The notes beneath the pieces were generated by a model. The model was not told the DNA's origin, made no database searches, and saw nothing but the letters and a program-made list of their open reading frames with translations. From contig JALHHX010000001.1 of assembly GCA_022837245.1 (NCBI GenBank), positions 1-51,451 on the forward strand: a stretch of 51,451 nt of DNA. The letters are read 5' to 3'. The translations under genes were made by a program, and so were the position numbers. The DNA comes from Lentisphaerota bacterium. Lineage in GTDB: Bacteria > Verrucomicrobiota > Kiritimatiellia > RFP12 > UBA3636. How positions within the stretch are numbered: position 1 is the stretch's first letter; each line of letters opens with the position of its first letter. Positions 14,757 through 25,179 of the stretch are shown one piece after another.

Positions 14757-17700
14757 ATGAACTCTAAAAAGAGAAATGCCGCGACCGCCTCCTTGGTCCT
14801 CGCTATCGTTCTCCTCGTGATTATGATCCACTCGCGCGAGGAGCAGCCGAAATCCGCAACTGGCCATAACGACGGGGCAAAACCACGCGTCGCAACCACC
14901 TTGCTGGCGCTTCAGGAATCGGGGGAACCTCGCGGAACCATAAGCGAGCCCCTGCATATGACCGGCGACGAATCCACGGCGCTCCGCCGGGCGTTCATGG
15001 CGGAATTCGCGGCTTCGAACGCAGCCGCACGCGCAAAAGGCGAATTCCTCTATGCGGGGCGGAGTGTGGACTCTGCCACATCTGGCCGTGCGACTGGGTT
15101 CGCCCAGCCGCACGATTACGAGTCAATGGGTGGGTTCGCGCCCTTCGTGGTGCAGCTCAAGGACACACCGCAATCCTCCGATTACCGCGAGATATTCGGC
15201 GACGTCGCGCTGTCTTCATATGTGCCGCCACGTGGCTATGTGCTGCTGCTCACGGAGAAGCAACTTGCGAGGATAAACGCAATGGATTCCGTCCGGACAA
15301 CATTCGAAGTCACCCCCGATTACAAACTGGAGCCGTTTCTAGTCTGGCTGAAGAACGAGTCCGAAAAGGATCCCGCGATGAACGTCTCGATCCGGCTTTT
15401 CGACGTTGCAATCGAAGAAGCGGTAATCAAGCGGCTGAAGGCGATCGCTCCGGGAATCGGGAAAATGAAAACCTTCGACGGCGCCATGCGGCTCGCGGGA
15501 GAGGCGCGGCTTTCGCAACTCGCGGCTATCGCGCAAATCGGAGGGGTGGAGTGGATAGAGGAGCGGTCGAAGCCGAAACTTTTCAACAATCTTGCCGTGC
15601 TTGATCCGCGGATGAACGTCAAACGAGTCTGGGAAGACTGGGGACTCCATGGCGAAGGCGAGATCGTGGGACATGCCGACACCGGGCTAGACACAGGAGA
15701 CACCGCCACGTTGCACCCGGACATGCGTGGACGCGTGACGGGCACGGCAACGTGGAACGGCCGCGGCACATGGAACGACCTGCATTTGCATGGCACTCAT
15801 ACGGCAGGCAGTATTATAGGGGACGGCACACTGAGCGGCGGCGCGGTCAAAGGCGTGGCATACAAGTCGCACCTGTTCCACCAATCACTTGGCACCGTGA
15901 ATAACACCCTAGAAGTGCCATACGATCCGGCGTTCCTACTTGACGAAGCCGCGCAGGCCGGCGCACGCGTGCATTCCGACAGCTGGGGTTCGTCTGTTTT
16001 TGGGTTATACACCTCGTTCGATGAAATGTTCGACAGCTACGTTTGGGGCAACCAGAATTTCCTGCCGGTGGTCTCCGCAGGCAATGATGGTATGGACGGG
16101 AACTACACTCAGGACGCCAAGGACTATCTTGACTGGTACGGCATAGTAATCCCCGACGCCATAACCAACGGAGTGATCGATTCAATGTCAATTGGCTCGC
16201 CCGCCCAGGCCAAGAACTCCCTGGCAGTCGGCGCAACTGAAAGCGACAGGCTTTCCGGGAGCATGAGCTGGCGCACCTGGGGTTCGACATGGCCAGGAAG
16301 CTACAAAAACAGTCCGATAAAAGACGATATTGTATCAGTCGGGATCACCGAAGGCGGCGTGTACCATCAGGGCATGGCCGCGTTCTCAAGCCGCGGACCC
16401 ACGTTCTGCGGACGCGTCAAGCCCGACGTCACGGCACCGGGATGCGACGTCCTTTCAACGCGCTACACGGTCGGCTCAAAATACGGATGGGGCTCGTACA
16501 GCCCCAATCCTCGCTACTACAACTACTACGGCGGCACCAGCATGTCATGTCCGCTTGTAGCCGGTGCCGCGGCGCTTGTGCGGGAACATCTAGCCAAACG
16601 CGTGGGGATTGCCGAACCCACCGCCGCGCTTGTCAGGGCGGCCTTGATCAACGGCTCCGCATCCATCACCCCGGGACAATACGGCACGGGCGAATTCCGC
16701 GAAATTCCGGAACAGAGCCCCAACGGCGTCGAGGGATGGGGACAAGTAAACCTAGGCAATTCTCTATATGCTCCTCTTTCAGGCAACATCTTCTACGACA
16801 GGATATCAAACGGAACACTCAAGACGGGGAATTCCGACTTCATAGAAGTAACCGTGATAAACACGAACGCGCCCCTTAAGGCGACCCTTGCATGGGCAGA
16901 TTACCCAGCCCGCCCCGCAGCGGCGTATTACTCCGAGTTGGTTAACGACCTTGATCTGTTTATCGAAGCCCCTTCTGGGGCCAACTTCTGGGGCAACGGC
17001 ATCGAAGGCGGCGACCGAACGAACAATGTGGAGAAGATCGTCGTCGAGAACCCAGAGCCGGGGATCTACCGCATCCTGGTAATTGGAGCCAACATTATGG
17101 TAACGGGCTCACAACCGGCCTTGGTGGTGACGGGCGGAGTGGACGGCATTGATCCAATTATAGTGCCGCGTTTAATCGAGGACACGACGCCGATCCACAG
17201 CGGTTACGAAGCGGTTTTGATGATTAATTCGGTTATCCCATACGAAGGAAGAAACTCCGTGGATTTCTCGTGGGCAATCGGCAATGCCAACATGGCAACC
17301 GGAGCTTGGACTCATGCCGCCGTCTCAGCCGAAGCAGATGGGCAGACGTACCAACACATCATCTCTGGAGATACGCCGCCGGGCGAGGTTTACTATGCGT
17401 GGAACGTGCCTGGCACGGCAGATCCAATCATCAACAGCTTCACGATCATTCCTTTTGAGGTAGCCCCGAGCATGGTGTCGCATACATTCGGCTACGTCGG
17501 GGGTGTCACCAACTTCACAATCACGGCCAACACCTCTTGGAATGCGGAAAGCACAAACAGCTGGATAGTGGTCGCGCCAGACGCCGGGGCGGGCAACGAA
17601 TTTGTCGAGCTCGGTGCTTTGACCAATTATGCTCCTGTACCGCGCAATGGGCTAATAGTTATTTCCGGGGGCGATGTGACCAACGAACTGGCAGTGTTTC

Positions 17701-17978
17701 AGGAGGCCTGGAGTAAAATACCCGATCCGCCCATGCTTGCCAGCCCCGTTTTCGCCATGTCAGGCACAGAAGTTTCCATAACCTTCTCCGGCGAACGCAA
17801 CAACGCCTACACGTTGCAGTGGCGCGAATCGCTCTCGGAAGGCGCTTGGCTTGATCTGACTTCGACGACGGTCCACGGAGACGGCCCGGTCACGCTGGCG
17901 GCGAGCGTCTTCCCAGGCCACACCGGGCTGCCCGCCACTGCGTTCTTCCGCGTCAAATCCACACCCCTCGTGGAATAA
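14757..17978 (+). CDS. secreted or membrane-anchored subtilisin-like serine protease (peptidase S8) with large C-terminal extension
   Basis: Catalytic triad blocks: VGHADTGLDTG (Asp), HGTHTAGSI (His), GGTSMSCPLVAGAAAL (Ser). N-terminal hydrophobic anchor ASLVLAIVLLVIMI. Confidence 0.88.
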   Translation: MNSKKRNAATASLVLAIVLLVIMIHSREEQPKSATGHNDGAKPRVATTLLALQESGEPRGTISEPLHMTGDESTALRRAFMAEFAASNAAARAKGEFLYAGRSVDSATSGRATGFAQPHDYESMGGFAPFVVQLKDTPQSSDYREIFGDVALSSYVPPRGYVLLLTEKQLARINAMDSVRTTFEVTPDYKLEPFLVWLKNESEKDPAMNVSIRLFDVAIEEAVIKRLKAIAPGIGKMKTFDGAMRLAGEARLSQLAAIAQIGGVEWIEERSKPKLFNNLAVLDPRMNVKRVWEDWGLHGEGEIVGHADTGLDTGDTATLHPDMRGRVTGTATWNGRGTWNDLHLHGTHTAGSIIGDGTLSGGAVKGVAYKSHLFHQSLGTVNNTLEVPYDPAFLLDEAAQAGARVHSDSWGSSVFGLYTSFDEMFDSYVWGNQNFLPVVSAGNDGMDGNYTQDAKDYLDWYGIVIPDAITNGVIDSMSIGSPAQAKNSLAVGATESDRLSGSMSWRTWGSTWPGSYKNSPIKDDIVSVGITEGGVYHQGMAAFSSRGPTFCGRVKPDVTAPGCDVLSTRYTVGSKYGWGSYSPNPRYYNYYGGTSMSCPLVAGAAALVREHLAKRVGIAEPTAALVRAALINGSASITPGQYGTGEFREIPEQSPNGVEGWGQVNLGNSLYAPLSGNIFYDRISNGTLKTGNSDFIEVTVINTNAPLKATLAWADYPARPAAAYYSELVNDLDLFIEAPSGANFWGNGIEGGDRTNNVEKIVVENPEPGIYRILVIGANIMVTGSQPALVVTGGVDGIDPIIVPRLIEDTTPIHSGYEAVLMINSVIPYEGRNSVDFSWAIGNANMATGAWTHAAVSAEADGQTYQHIISGDTPPGEVYYAWNVPGTADPIINSFTIIPFEVAPSMVSHTFGYVGGVTNFTITANTSWNAESTNSWIVVAPDAGAGNEFVELGALTNYAPVPRNGLIVISGGDVTNELAVFQEAWSKIPDPPMLASPVFAMSGTEVSITFSGERNNAYTLQWRESLSEGAWLDLTSTTVHGDGPVTLAASVFPGHTGLPATAFFRVKSTPLVE

Positions 17979-18105
17979 ATGCGTGGATAAATGGGTCAAT
18001 ACGCCCGGCATCTCAATTGTTCCACCATTTACCCATGAATTACATGCCCGTTGCGCATGTTGGGGGATACATGGTATTATCAGGGCATATTGACAGGAGA
18101 CGGTT

Positions 18106-19098
18106 TTGAGTGGAAATAAAGAGCATTGCGAGAACGAGCCCGCTGATGGCGTCGATTTGAAGAAGCTGGACGGTCAGGCGGCAGTGGTCGCTTTAAGGCG
18201 CAATCTTTCCAGCGTGATCCGTGGCAAGGAAGAGAGTCTCGACATGCTGCTCACGGCGTTGATGGCGGAGGGACATGTGCTCATCGAGGACGTGCCAGGC
18301 ACGGGCAAGACGACGCTCGCCAAGGCATTGGCGGCCTCGTTGGACGCGAAGTTTTCGCGCATACAGTTCACTCCGGATCTGTTGCCGACCGACATCCTCG
18401 GGGGGATGGTATACAGAGCGTCGGACGGAGATTTCACGTTCCGCCCCGGCCCGGTCTTCGCCCACATCGTACTGGCCGACGAAATCAACAGGGCATCGCC
18501 GCGCACACAATCGGCCCTGCTCGAGGCGATGGCTGAGCGCCAGGTTTCCATCGAGGGCGTGACTAGCCGCCTCCCGCATCCGTTCATGGTCATGGCGACG
18601 CAAAACCCGGTGGAGTACAACGGAACTTACCCGCTCCCGGAGGCGCAGCTGGACCGCTTCTGCCTCAGAATGTCGCTGGGCTATCCACAACAAGGACGGG
18701 AGGTCGAGATACTGCAGTCGCACGCGACAGTCAAACCTCTCGACACGATCCACCCTGTTCTCAACGCCGAGGGGCTCGCGGAGCTGCAGCGCAGGGTGCG
18801 CATGGTGGGCGTGGAGCAATCGGTGCTCGAGTACATCGTGCACATCGTCGCCCGCACGCGCGGCGACAGCCGGCTGCGGCTCGGGGCAAGCCTGCGCGGC
18901 TCGCTGGATCTGCGGCGTTGCGCGCAGGCACGCGCGTTCCTCGACGGACGCGACCACGTCCGGCCAGACGATGTCCAGGCTCTGGCAGTGGCGGTGCTGG
19001 CTCACCGAATATCGGTCGACGCCAAGGCGCGACATTCAGGCTTCACAGGGACGGCCGCCGTGCAGGACGCCCTGCGCGCGGAGGCGGTTCCTGGATGA
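18106..19098 (+). CDS. MoxR-family AAA+ ATPase
   Basis: GHVLIEDVPGTGKTTLAKALA (Walker A), ILADEINRASPRTQSALLEAM (Walker B / sensor region), FMVMATQNP. TTG start at 18106, after AGGAGA. Confidence 0.88.
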   Translation: MSGNKEHCENEPADGVDLKKLDGQAAVVALRRNLSSVIRGKEESLDMLLTALMAEGHVLIEDVPGTGKTTLAKALAASLDAKFSRIQFTPDLLPTDILGGMVYRASDGDFTFRPGPVFAHIVLADEINRASPRTQSALLEAMAERQVSIEGVTSRLPHPFMVMATQNPVEYNGTYPLPEAQLDRFCLRMSLGYPQQGREVEILQSHATVKPLDTIHPVLNAEGLAELQRRVRMVGVEQSVLEYIVHIVARTRGDSRLRLGASLRGSLDLRRCAQARAFLDGRDHVRPDDVQALAVAVLAHRISVDAKARHSGFTGTAAVQDALRAEAVPG

Positions 19099-20411
19099 AA
19101 GCCCGGCAGCCCATACGGTGGCGCCACTACCTCTATCCAGAAATCGGAGGTAGGATCGCGCGCCGCACATGGGTGGAATTCCGTTTCCCGTTCATACACT
19201 GGCTCCACTACATGACCTTTGGCTGGACGACTCGGAGACTCTTCGCGGTAACGTTGGTCGGTGTAGTCCCGATGGCATTTCTGTTCATGGCGGGATTCAA
19301 CATCGAGTCAGTCTCCATCATGTTCCCACTTGTGGCGGCGATTCTCGCCGCAGTGGTAATGGGATGGCTTTTGCGTCCGCGTGTTCAGTTCTCCGCAGAC
19401 ATCCCGCCCCGCGTGGAGCGTGGGCGGAGGTTTGCCGTGCGTTACGAAGTGCGCAACACGAGCCGCAGGCCGGCCGTGGACCTGGACGTTGGCGTGATGC
19501 GCTTCCCGATACTCACGGAGGAAGGCATCGGGGCGGCGCGCGTGCCGATGCTCCCGGCGGGCGCCAGCTGCATTGTGGAAAGCACCGGCGTGGGGCACTA
19601 CCGCGGATTGTACCGCCTGCCCCCGCTGCGGTGCCATACCGAATTCCCGTCAGGACTATGGCGCTGGGGACGGACGGACTGGAGCGAGCGCCATTTGAGC
19701 GTGTATCCCTCTTACACGCGTTTGCAGTCGCTCGATTTGCCGGAAGGGGCGCGAAACAGGATCGACATAGATTCAGCCAGCCAGCTTACGCGCTCCGCGC
19801 TTGAATTCCATGGATGCCGCGAATTCCGCCAAGGCGATTCCCTCCGCCATGTGCACGCGCGCTCGTCGGCGCGTATCGGCGCGCCGGTAATAAAGGAGTT
19901 CCAAGCGGAAGGAAGGGGACGGACGGCCATCGTCGTCGACACGTGGCGGCTGAGGCTCATGCCTGAAATGGGCTTCTTTTCGGATCCCGTGACCGAGGCC
20001 GCCCTGTCGCTGGCAGCCGCGGTGACAGATCATCTGGCACAGAGCGACCGCGAGCTCGAGCTGCTTGTGGCCGGACCCGGCGTCCACCGCTTCAAGAGCG
20101 CCGGCCGTGGCGGATTTATCGATGAAGTTCTGGACATTCTGGCGGCTGTCGAGACGAGCGGACGCGACACTCTGCAGCAGCTTGCACCTGTGCTCGTGGA
20201 CGAGATTCAGTCGATCGAGAGCGTCTGCATGATTCTCGTCCGCTGGGACAAACCGCGCTCAGATTTGGCTCGAACACTGGAGGCGCATGGCGTCGGCGTG
20301 AAGATAGTGCTTGTGACCCCGCCGAAATGCCGGCGTCCAGTGGATCTCCCGCAAGACGCCGTATGCGTCGACTGCCGCGCGGTTGAACGGGGGGAGGCGG
20401 TGACGCTGTGA
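19095..20411 (+). CDS. DUF58 domain protein (MoxR partner)
   Basis: FHGCREFRQGDSLRHVHARSSARIGAPVIKEFQAE is the DUF58 signature block, and there are N-terminal TM segments. The start was set to the ATG at 19095, which overlaps the MoxR stop (ATGA). Confidence 0.8.
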   Translation: MKARQPIRWRHYLYPEIGGRIARRTWVEFRFPFIHWLHYMTFGWTTRRLFAVTLVGVVPMAFLFMAGFNIESVSIMFPLVAAILAAVVMGWLLRPRVQFSADIPPRVERGRRFAVRYEVRNTSRRPAVDLDVGVMRFPILTEEGIGAARVPMLPAGASCIVESTGVGHYRGLYRLPPLRCHTEFPSGLWRWGRTDWSERHLSVYPSYTRLQSLDLPEGARNRIDIDSASQLTRSALEFHGCREFRQGDSLRHVHARSSARIGAPVIKEFQAEGRGRTAIVVDTWRLRLMPEMGFFSDPVTEAALSLAAAVTDHLAQSDRELELLVAGPGVHRFKSAGRGGFIDEVLDILAAVETSGRDTLQQLAPVLVDEIQSIESVCMILVRWDKPRSDLARTLEAHGVGVKIVLVTPPKCRRPVDLPQDAVCVDCRAVERGEAVTL

Positions 20412-22574
20412 CACGCCTTTTTTCCAATCCATTCCGCTCGAAGAAACGTAAACATGATGAGCGCCCCCCGGCGGAGCGCCCGCCACGCCCGCGTTCCGTG
20501 CCGCTTGTCTGCGGTCTGGTGCTCCTGTGGACCGTGCGCGGTTACAGCGGGGGCGGTTCGCAGGGGCTTCTAATCATCGTTGCTTTGGCCGTCGCGCTCG
20601 CAGTGGCGTTGCCGGTGTCGTTACCTTCGACCATGCGCGCGAAGATATGGAGCTATTTGGCGACGATGGCGTTGTGCCTTGCCGCGAACATCGACAGGCT
20701 CGGCTTGGAAGAAGGCGCGCGCGTGGTAGGTTCGATGGCGCGTTCGCACGACCGCGCCGCTACGATCGTGCTCGCGGCGGGGGTGGCGGCACTGTATTTC
20801 CGTCCTTCAAAAAGCGTTGTCACACTTGTGGGCGTGTCTATATTGCCCATGCTCTCGGTAGTCCTCGGACGCACGGCGGTCAACGGCGAAGTTGGCGCCG
20901 GGATGGGCTTCGCGGCGGCGGCTTTCGCCCTCGTGATTCTTGCCGACCAGTTCTGGCAAGCGTCGCTTCCACGCGCGCCAGTGGCCGGTCGTACCGGCGC
21001 TCACGAATTGGGGCTCAGGATGCTTTTTCCAGTCTTTTGGTTCGCGCTCGCGGCGGCGCTCACACCCACTGTGGTTTCATTTTCGGAATCGTTACGCACC
21101 ATGCTCTACGAAATGGCCGGGTTCAACCCGCCGCACCGCGAGTCCTCGTGGCGGAACCCCATGGCGCTTTCCGTCGCCTCACCCGCACGCGGATTCCCCT
21201 CGTATTTCCACATACTGATGGAGATAGGGGCTCCGCGCCAGCCGGGATATCTGCGCGAAGCGGTGTTCAGGTCGTATGCCCGGCGTCAGTGGACGGGGCC
21301 TTCGCAGATTTCGCAGGAACCGGTGGTTATCTCGAAATGGCCTGACGGAACAGAAACGGACACGCAGGTTTGGGTCTGGCACACGCTCGCAACCAACAGC
21401 GCCACGGCCACCGCGAGCGGTGCCACATGGAACTACAGACCGGCCGACGCCCGTTGGCTGACAGGACTCTGCCTGCCGGGGGGGGGCCTCGGCAGTCGCC
21501 GTTCCGGATGGCGTGGATCTGCTGGAGAACTCCGACGGCATCGTCTCGGCTGGCGGCGACACGCGTCCGACCGAATACAAGGTTTTCGTCGACGACGCCT
21601 CCGCGGGCGCCGCTTATCCCCTGCCGGATCCCGCCGGACTTGAGGAGTATCTGACGATACCGGAAGAACTTGCCCCTTCCGTGGCCGACTGGGCGCGTGG
21701 CTGCCCCGGGCTCGGCAAGACGACAACTGCAGGCGAGGCGATCCCGATCGTGGTTGATTATTTCCTGGAAAACTTTTCGTATGACCTCGGCAAGGGCTCG
21801 GATCCGGGAGAGCCGCTAGACACCTTCATGGAAGAGCGCGTGGGGCACTGCACGCTCTTCGCCAGCGCGGCGGCTTTAATGCTGCGGCACCGCGGGATTC
21901 CGACGAGGGTGGTGTCGGGATATTACTGCAGCGAACGCCATGAGTACACTGGTCTATGGGTCGTGCGCGAGCGCGACGGCCATGCGTGGTGCGAAGCGTG
22001 GGATTCCGCGCTGGGGCGCTGGAGGCTGGTGGAGGCGACGCCTGCTGATGGGCGTCCATCCGCTATGCCGAAGCCGGGGCGTTTGCGCAAGTACTGGGAG
22101 ATGGCGGGTTTCTTGATTAGGAGTTTTGTGGAAGCCCTGCGCGGATCGAATCCGCTGGTTTTTCTGGCACTCGTTATCGCCACGGTTTTCGAATGGGCGC
22201 GGAGGGCGCTCGCTTCGCCCTGGGGTCTGTTGTTGTTGGTGACGGCTCTGGGATGGCTTTCGTGGCGGATCCGGATGCGGAGGAAGGAAGGCGCCCGCGC
22301 CGACGAGGCGACGCGGCTTCGTGAAAAGGCGGTGTTAGCAATGGAGCGGCTCGAACGGTGCCGGATACCGCGGAATCTGCGGCGCGACGACCACGAACCG
22401 TGGTCGTCATGGTGGGCGCGTGTTGGCGCTGAGCTGCCTCCGGACAGCGCCGCCGGTTTCGGAGAACTGCTCGAAGAATACCAGACTCTGAGATACCGCG
22501 AACCATTCGACACCGCCAGGGCCCGCAAATGGCTATCAAACGCCCGGCGGGAAAACCTTGAAAAACGGGGATAA
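20408..22574 (+). pseudogene. membrane transglutaminase-like protein split by a +1 frameshift at a G9 homopolymer
   Basis: The N-terminal multi-TM ORF (20408-) turns to Arg-rich nonsense right after GGGGGGGGG at 21478-21486. The +1 frame continues cleanly (GASAVAVPDGVDLLENSDG...) into the transglutaminase core GHCTLFASAAALMLRHRGIPTRVVSGY...DGHAWCEAW. The total of 2167 nt is one nt more than a multiple of 3. Confidence 0.75.
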
Positions 22575-22666
22575 GATACCGGGGAATAAAATACTGAAAA
22601 ACGGGATGTTTTTTCTCTTTCCCAAATACTTTTGGGAAGGCGATCTGCCGGGCACTATGGTTATAA

Positions 22667-23440
22667 TCAAACAACCACCTCGGGGGGCATCTGAGCAGGG
22701 GGCACAGAGCCGACGGCTTTGGCGGGGATGCCCACGGCGAGCGAATTGGTGGGCAGGGGGCGCGTGACGACGGCACCCGCGCCCAACACGCACCTGTCGC
22801 CGACGTTTGCCCCGTCGAGCACGGTGACCCGCGCGCCTAGCCAGCAGTCGGCACCTATTGAAAGCGGCCCTTTAGTCTCCATACCAGTCTGCATTGCGAA
22901 TGGCAACGGCGATTCGTAGTCGTACTCGCCTCCGCTTAGCAGATAGGAAAAAGCGCCTATCATTGTTCCCGCGCCTACGGTTAGCTTGTTGGAGGAAAAC
23001 ACCACGCAGTTGGATGAGATGTTGACGTCGCGCTCCAGAACTATGCCGCCCCCCTTGCAATAGACGATGCTGTTGCGGCCTATATAGACGCCGGAGCCGA
23101 TGTCGATCCCGCTGTTGGAGTCGCCCTTCGCGTCGACCACCGCGTTGTCGTCGATCGTGACACCGTCGCCCAGTTTGATTTTGCCGGGATGGCGGAAGGA
23201 GACGTTCCTGCCTATGATGACTTTTTTTCCGCACTTCCCGAAGAATGGGCGGTAGAACACCCCGCGCAGGAAAAGTCCGAGCGAGCCGGGTGTCCCGCAG
23301 AACAGGATCACGGCAATCTCCATAAGCACGGCTTTCCACCGCGGCATCGGCCCGTAGGTTATTGCGAAGTATTTCGAAGCGGCGCCACCTCTGCCGCCCA
23401 TGGCGTTTTTCAGCTTGCTGGATGGAGCCGTTTCGTTCAT
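22667..23440 (-). CDS. left-handed beta-helix (hexapeptide repeat) acyl/acetyltransferase with N-terminal membrane segment
   Basis: Hexapeptide-like repeats: IGRNVSF, LGDGVTIDDNAVV, IGSGVYIGRNSIV, IGADCWLGARVTVLDGANVGDRCVLGAGAVV. Confidence 0.75.
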   Translation of the reverse strand: MNETAPSSKLKNAMGGRGGAASKYFAITYGPMPRWKAVLMEIAVILFCGTPGSLGLFLRGVFYRPFFGKCGKKVIIGRNVSFRHPGKIKLGDGVTIDDNAVVDAKGDSNSGIDIGSGVYIGRNSIVYCKGGGIVLERDVNISSNCVVFSSNKLTVGAGTMIGAFSYLLSGGEYDYESPLPFAMQTGMETKGPLSIGADCWLGARVTVLDGANVGDRCVLGAGAVVTRPLPTNSLAVGIPAKAVGSVPPAQMPPEVVV

Positions 23441-23452
23441 GTTTTTGCCTTT

Positions 23453-24346
23453 CTACTCTACCGTGGCGATGGTGGGTTGCGCGGCCACGCGCCTAGAATC
23501 GGCCTCGTCCTTGATGGCGGCGCGCATTTCGTGGGTGACGCGTTTGCCGTCGGGGCGGACCGATGCGTGGATGTGCGGCCCCGTGCCATTGGCGTTCTCG
23601 TAATACACCCAGTCGAAGCCAGCCTGCCATGCCAGTTTGGCCAGCTCCTCGTAGGCCGCGATTTTCTCAAAAGGCGTGAGCTTTTCCCCATGGAGGTTAT
23701 CAACCGTCAAGTCGATTGCGCGCCCCTGTCTATGCAGGGATTTGCTGGCGTGCACTCCGTTCTCGCGGTAAGCCTCTTGGACGCGCAGCTGCCACTTGCC
23801 GGTTGCCGCCACGAGGTTTGAAAGCCGCCGGAAGGGAATCTCCATTGCGGCATGCATCGAGTGGTCGCACTCGTCGTCGTCCTCATGGTCGTCGTTGTCG
23901 CTTTCCCACCAGACGCGCTCATCCTCCACATATACGAGATCGCGGCCAGCGGAGAAATCGACATCGGCGATCGCCACGGAAACGGAAGATTCCTTTTTGT
24001 TCGGTAGATACGTGTCACGTCGGAATTTTTCCGGTGCCTCGCGCACCGGCGAAAACAAATCGGGCACAACCACCTTTTTCCCCGACATTTCCTTGTCCGT
24101 ATCACCGTCCGAAAGCCCGTCCTCCGCGAACCAACCTCGAATGAAAACGCCTAGGGCGACGCCCACGAGCAACGTTCCGAGAAACTTGCCGCTTCCGCCG
24201 AAAAACAGCTGAAAATACTCTATATAATTCCTCCCGCCATGTATGTCCCTTTCCCGCGCGGCGCGGGTCTCGCGAACATGCGAAAGCGGGTTCTCCGCGC
24301 GCCGCGGCGATCTAGTGCGGCCTTCATGCGTGTTCTTTCCCATCAT
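23453..24346 (-). CDS. membrane-anchored Hedgehog N-terminal-domain-like (Hh/DD-peptidase, LAS zinc peptidase fold) protein
   Basis: [30 protein letters not shown]...[17 protein letters not shown]...HIHASVR aligns block by block with ShhN ([30 protein letters not shown]...[26 protein letters not shown]). The H-x6-D and HxH zinc ligands and the YYE glutamate are all present. There is a TM segment [15 protein letters not shown] and an acidic run [12 protein letters not shown]. ATGA overlap with the proC stop. Confidence 0.7.
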   Translation of the reverse strand: [297 protein letters not shown]

Positions 24347-25179
24347 GGCAGCCGGCTCAACTCCCCGCTCCTGCGCGCCGCGGCCGCGAGAGTGCGTTTC
24401 ATGGTGGTGCGCAAAGCCGACTTCTCCAGCACCTCAAGTCCGGCAGCGGTCGTTCCTTTGACCGACGTGACGGCTTTGATGAATTCGGCGACTCCGACAC
24501 CTCGCTCGGAAAGAACCGCTGCCGTGCCGAGCATTGTCTGCAAGCCCAGCTCGGTGGCCACCTCCTCATCGAGCCCCAGCGCGACGCCGCCGTCTATCAT
24601 AGCCTGGAGCGCATACGATATGAAAGCCGGACCGGAACCGCTGAGAGCCGTTATGGCGTCCATCTGCGACTCCGGGACCTCGACGGCCTTGCCAGTGCAG
24701 CGCAGCAGCTTCGCGGCAAGTTTCACATCGGCCGCTTTTGCGAGTGCGCCTTTGCAGAAGCCCGACATGCCGAGCCCGACCGATACCGCGAGGTTGGGCA
24801 TGACGCGCACGACCCGCGCGCAGGGCATGCGTTCCTCCAGCCATTGGAGTTTTTTTCCGGCGGCGATCGAGATGTAGAGCGGTCCTTTCAGGTTCACCGG
24901 CGGAATGCTTTCGAGCATGGCCCCCATGTCCTGCGGCTTAACCGCGAGGAACACCACATCGCACTTGGCGGTCGTTTCCGCAATGTCTGAAGCCTTCACG
25001 CGGAGCGACCCCGCAAGCTCCTTGCGACGCGCCTCCGAAGCGTCGCACACAAAAACGTTGCCCGGCCTTGCCATCTTTGCTTTGAGAAGCGATGCCATTA
25101 TCGCCCCTCCCATCTTGCCTGCCCCGATGAACCCAACATTTAGGGTTCCGCAAGAGCGCCTTTCAATCGATTTTTCCAT
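24343..25179 (-). CDS. proC: pyrroline-5-carboxylate reductase
   Basis: VGFIGAGKMGGAIMASL Rossmann motif. C-terminal SGSGPAF...GGVALGL...VTSVKGTTAAGLEVLE is typical of ProC. The start was set to the ATG at 25179 (MEKSIE). Confidence 0.88.
   Translation of the reverse strand: MEKSIERRSCGTLNVGFIGAGKMGGAIMASLLKAKMARPGNVFVCDASEARRKELAGSLRVKASDIAETTAKCDVVFLAVKPQDMGAMLESIPPVNLKGPLYISIAAGKKLQWLEERMPCARVVRVMPNLAVSVGLGMSGFCKGALAKAADVKLAAKLLRCTGKAVEVPESQMDAITALSGSGPAFISYALQAMIDGGVALGLDEEVATELGLQTMLGTAAVLSERGVGVAEFIKAVTSVKGTTAAGLEVLEKSALRTTMKRTLAAAARRSGELSRLP

Noticed and set aside
18918-19094. Upstream extension of the DUF58 ORF (track start 18918)
   Set aside because: The extension overlaps the 3' end of the MoxR gene in another frame and translates to Arg/Gly/Pro-rich sequence. 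The ATG at 19095 forms an ATGA overlap with the MoxR stop and precedes the expected TM segments.
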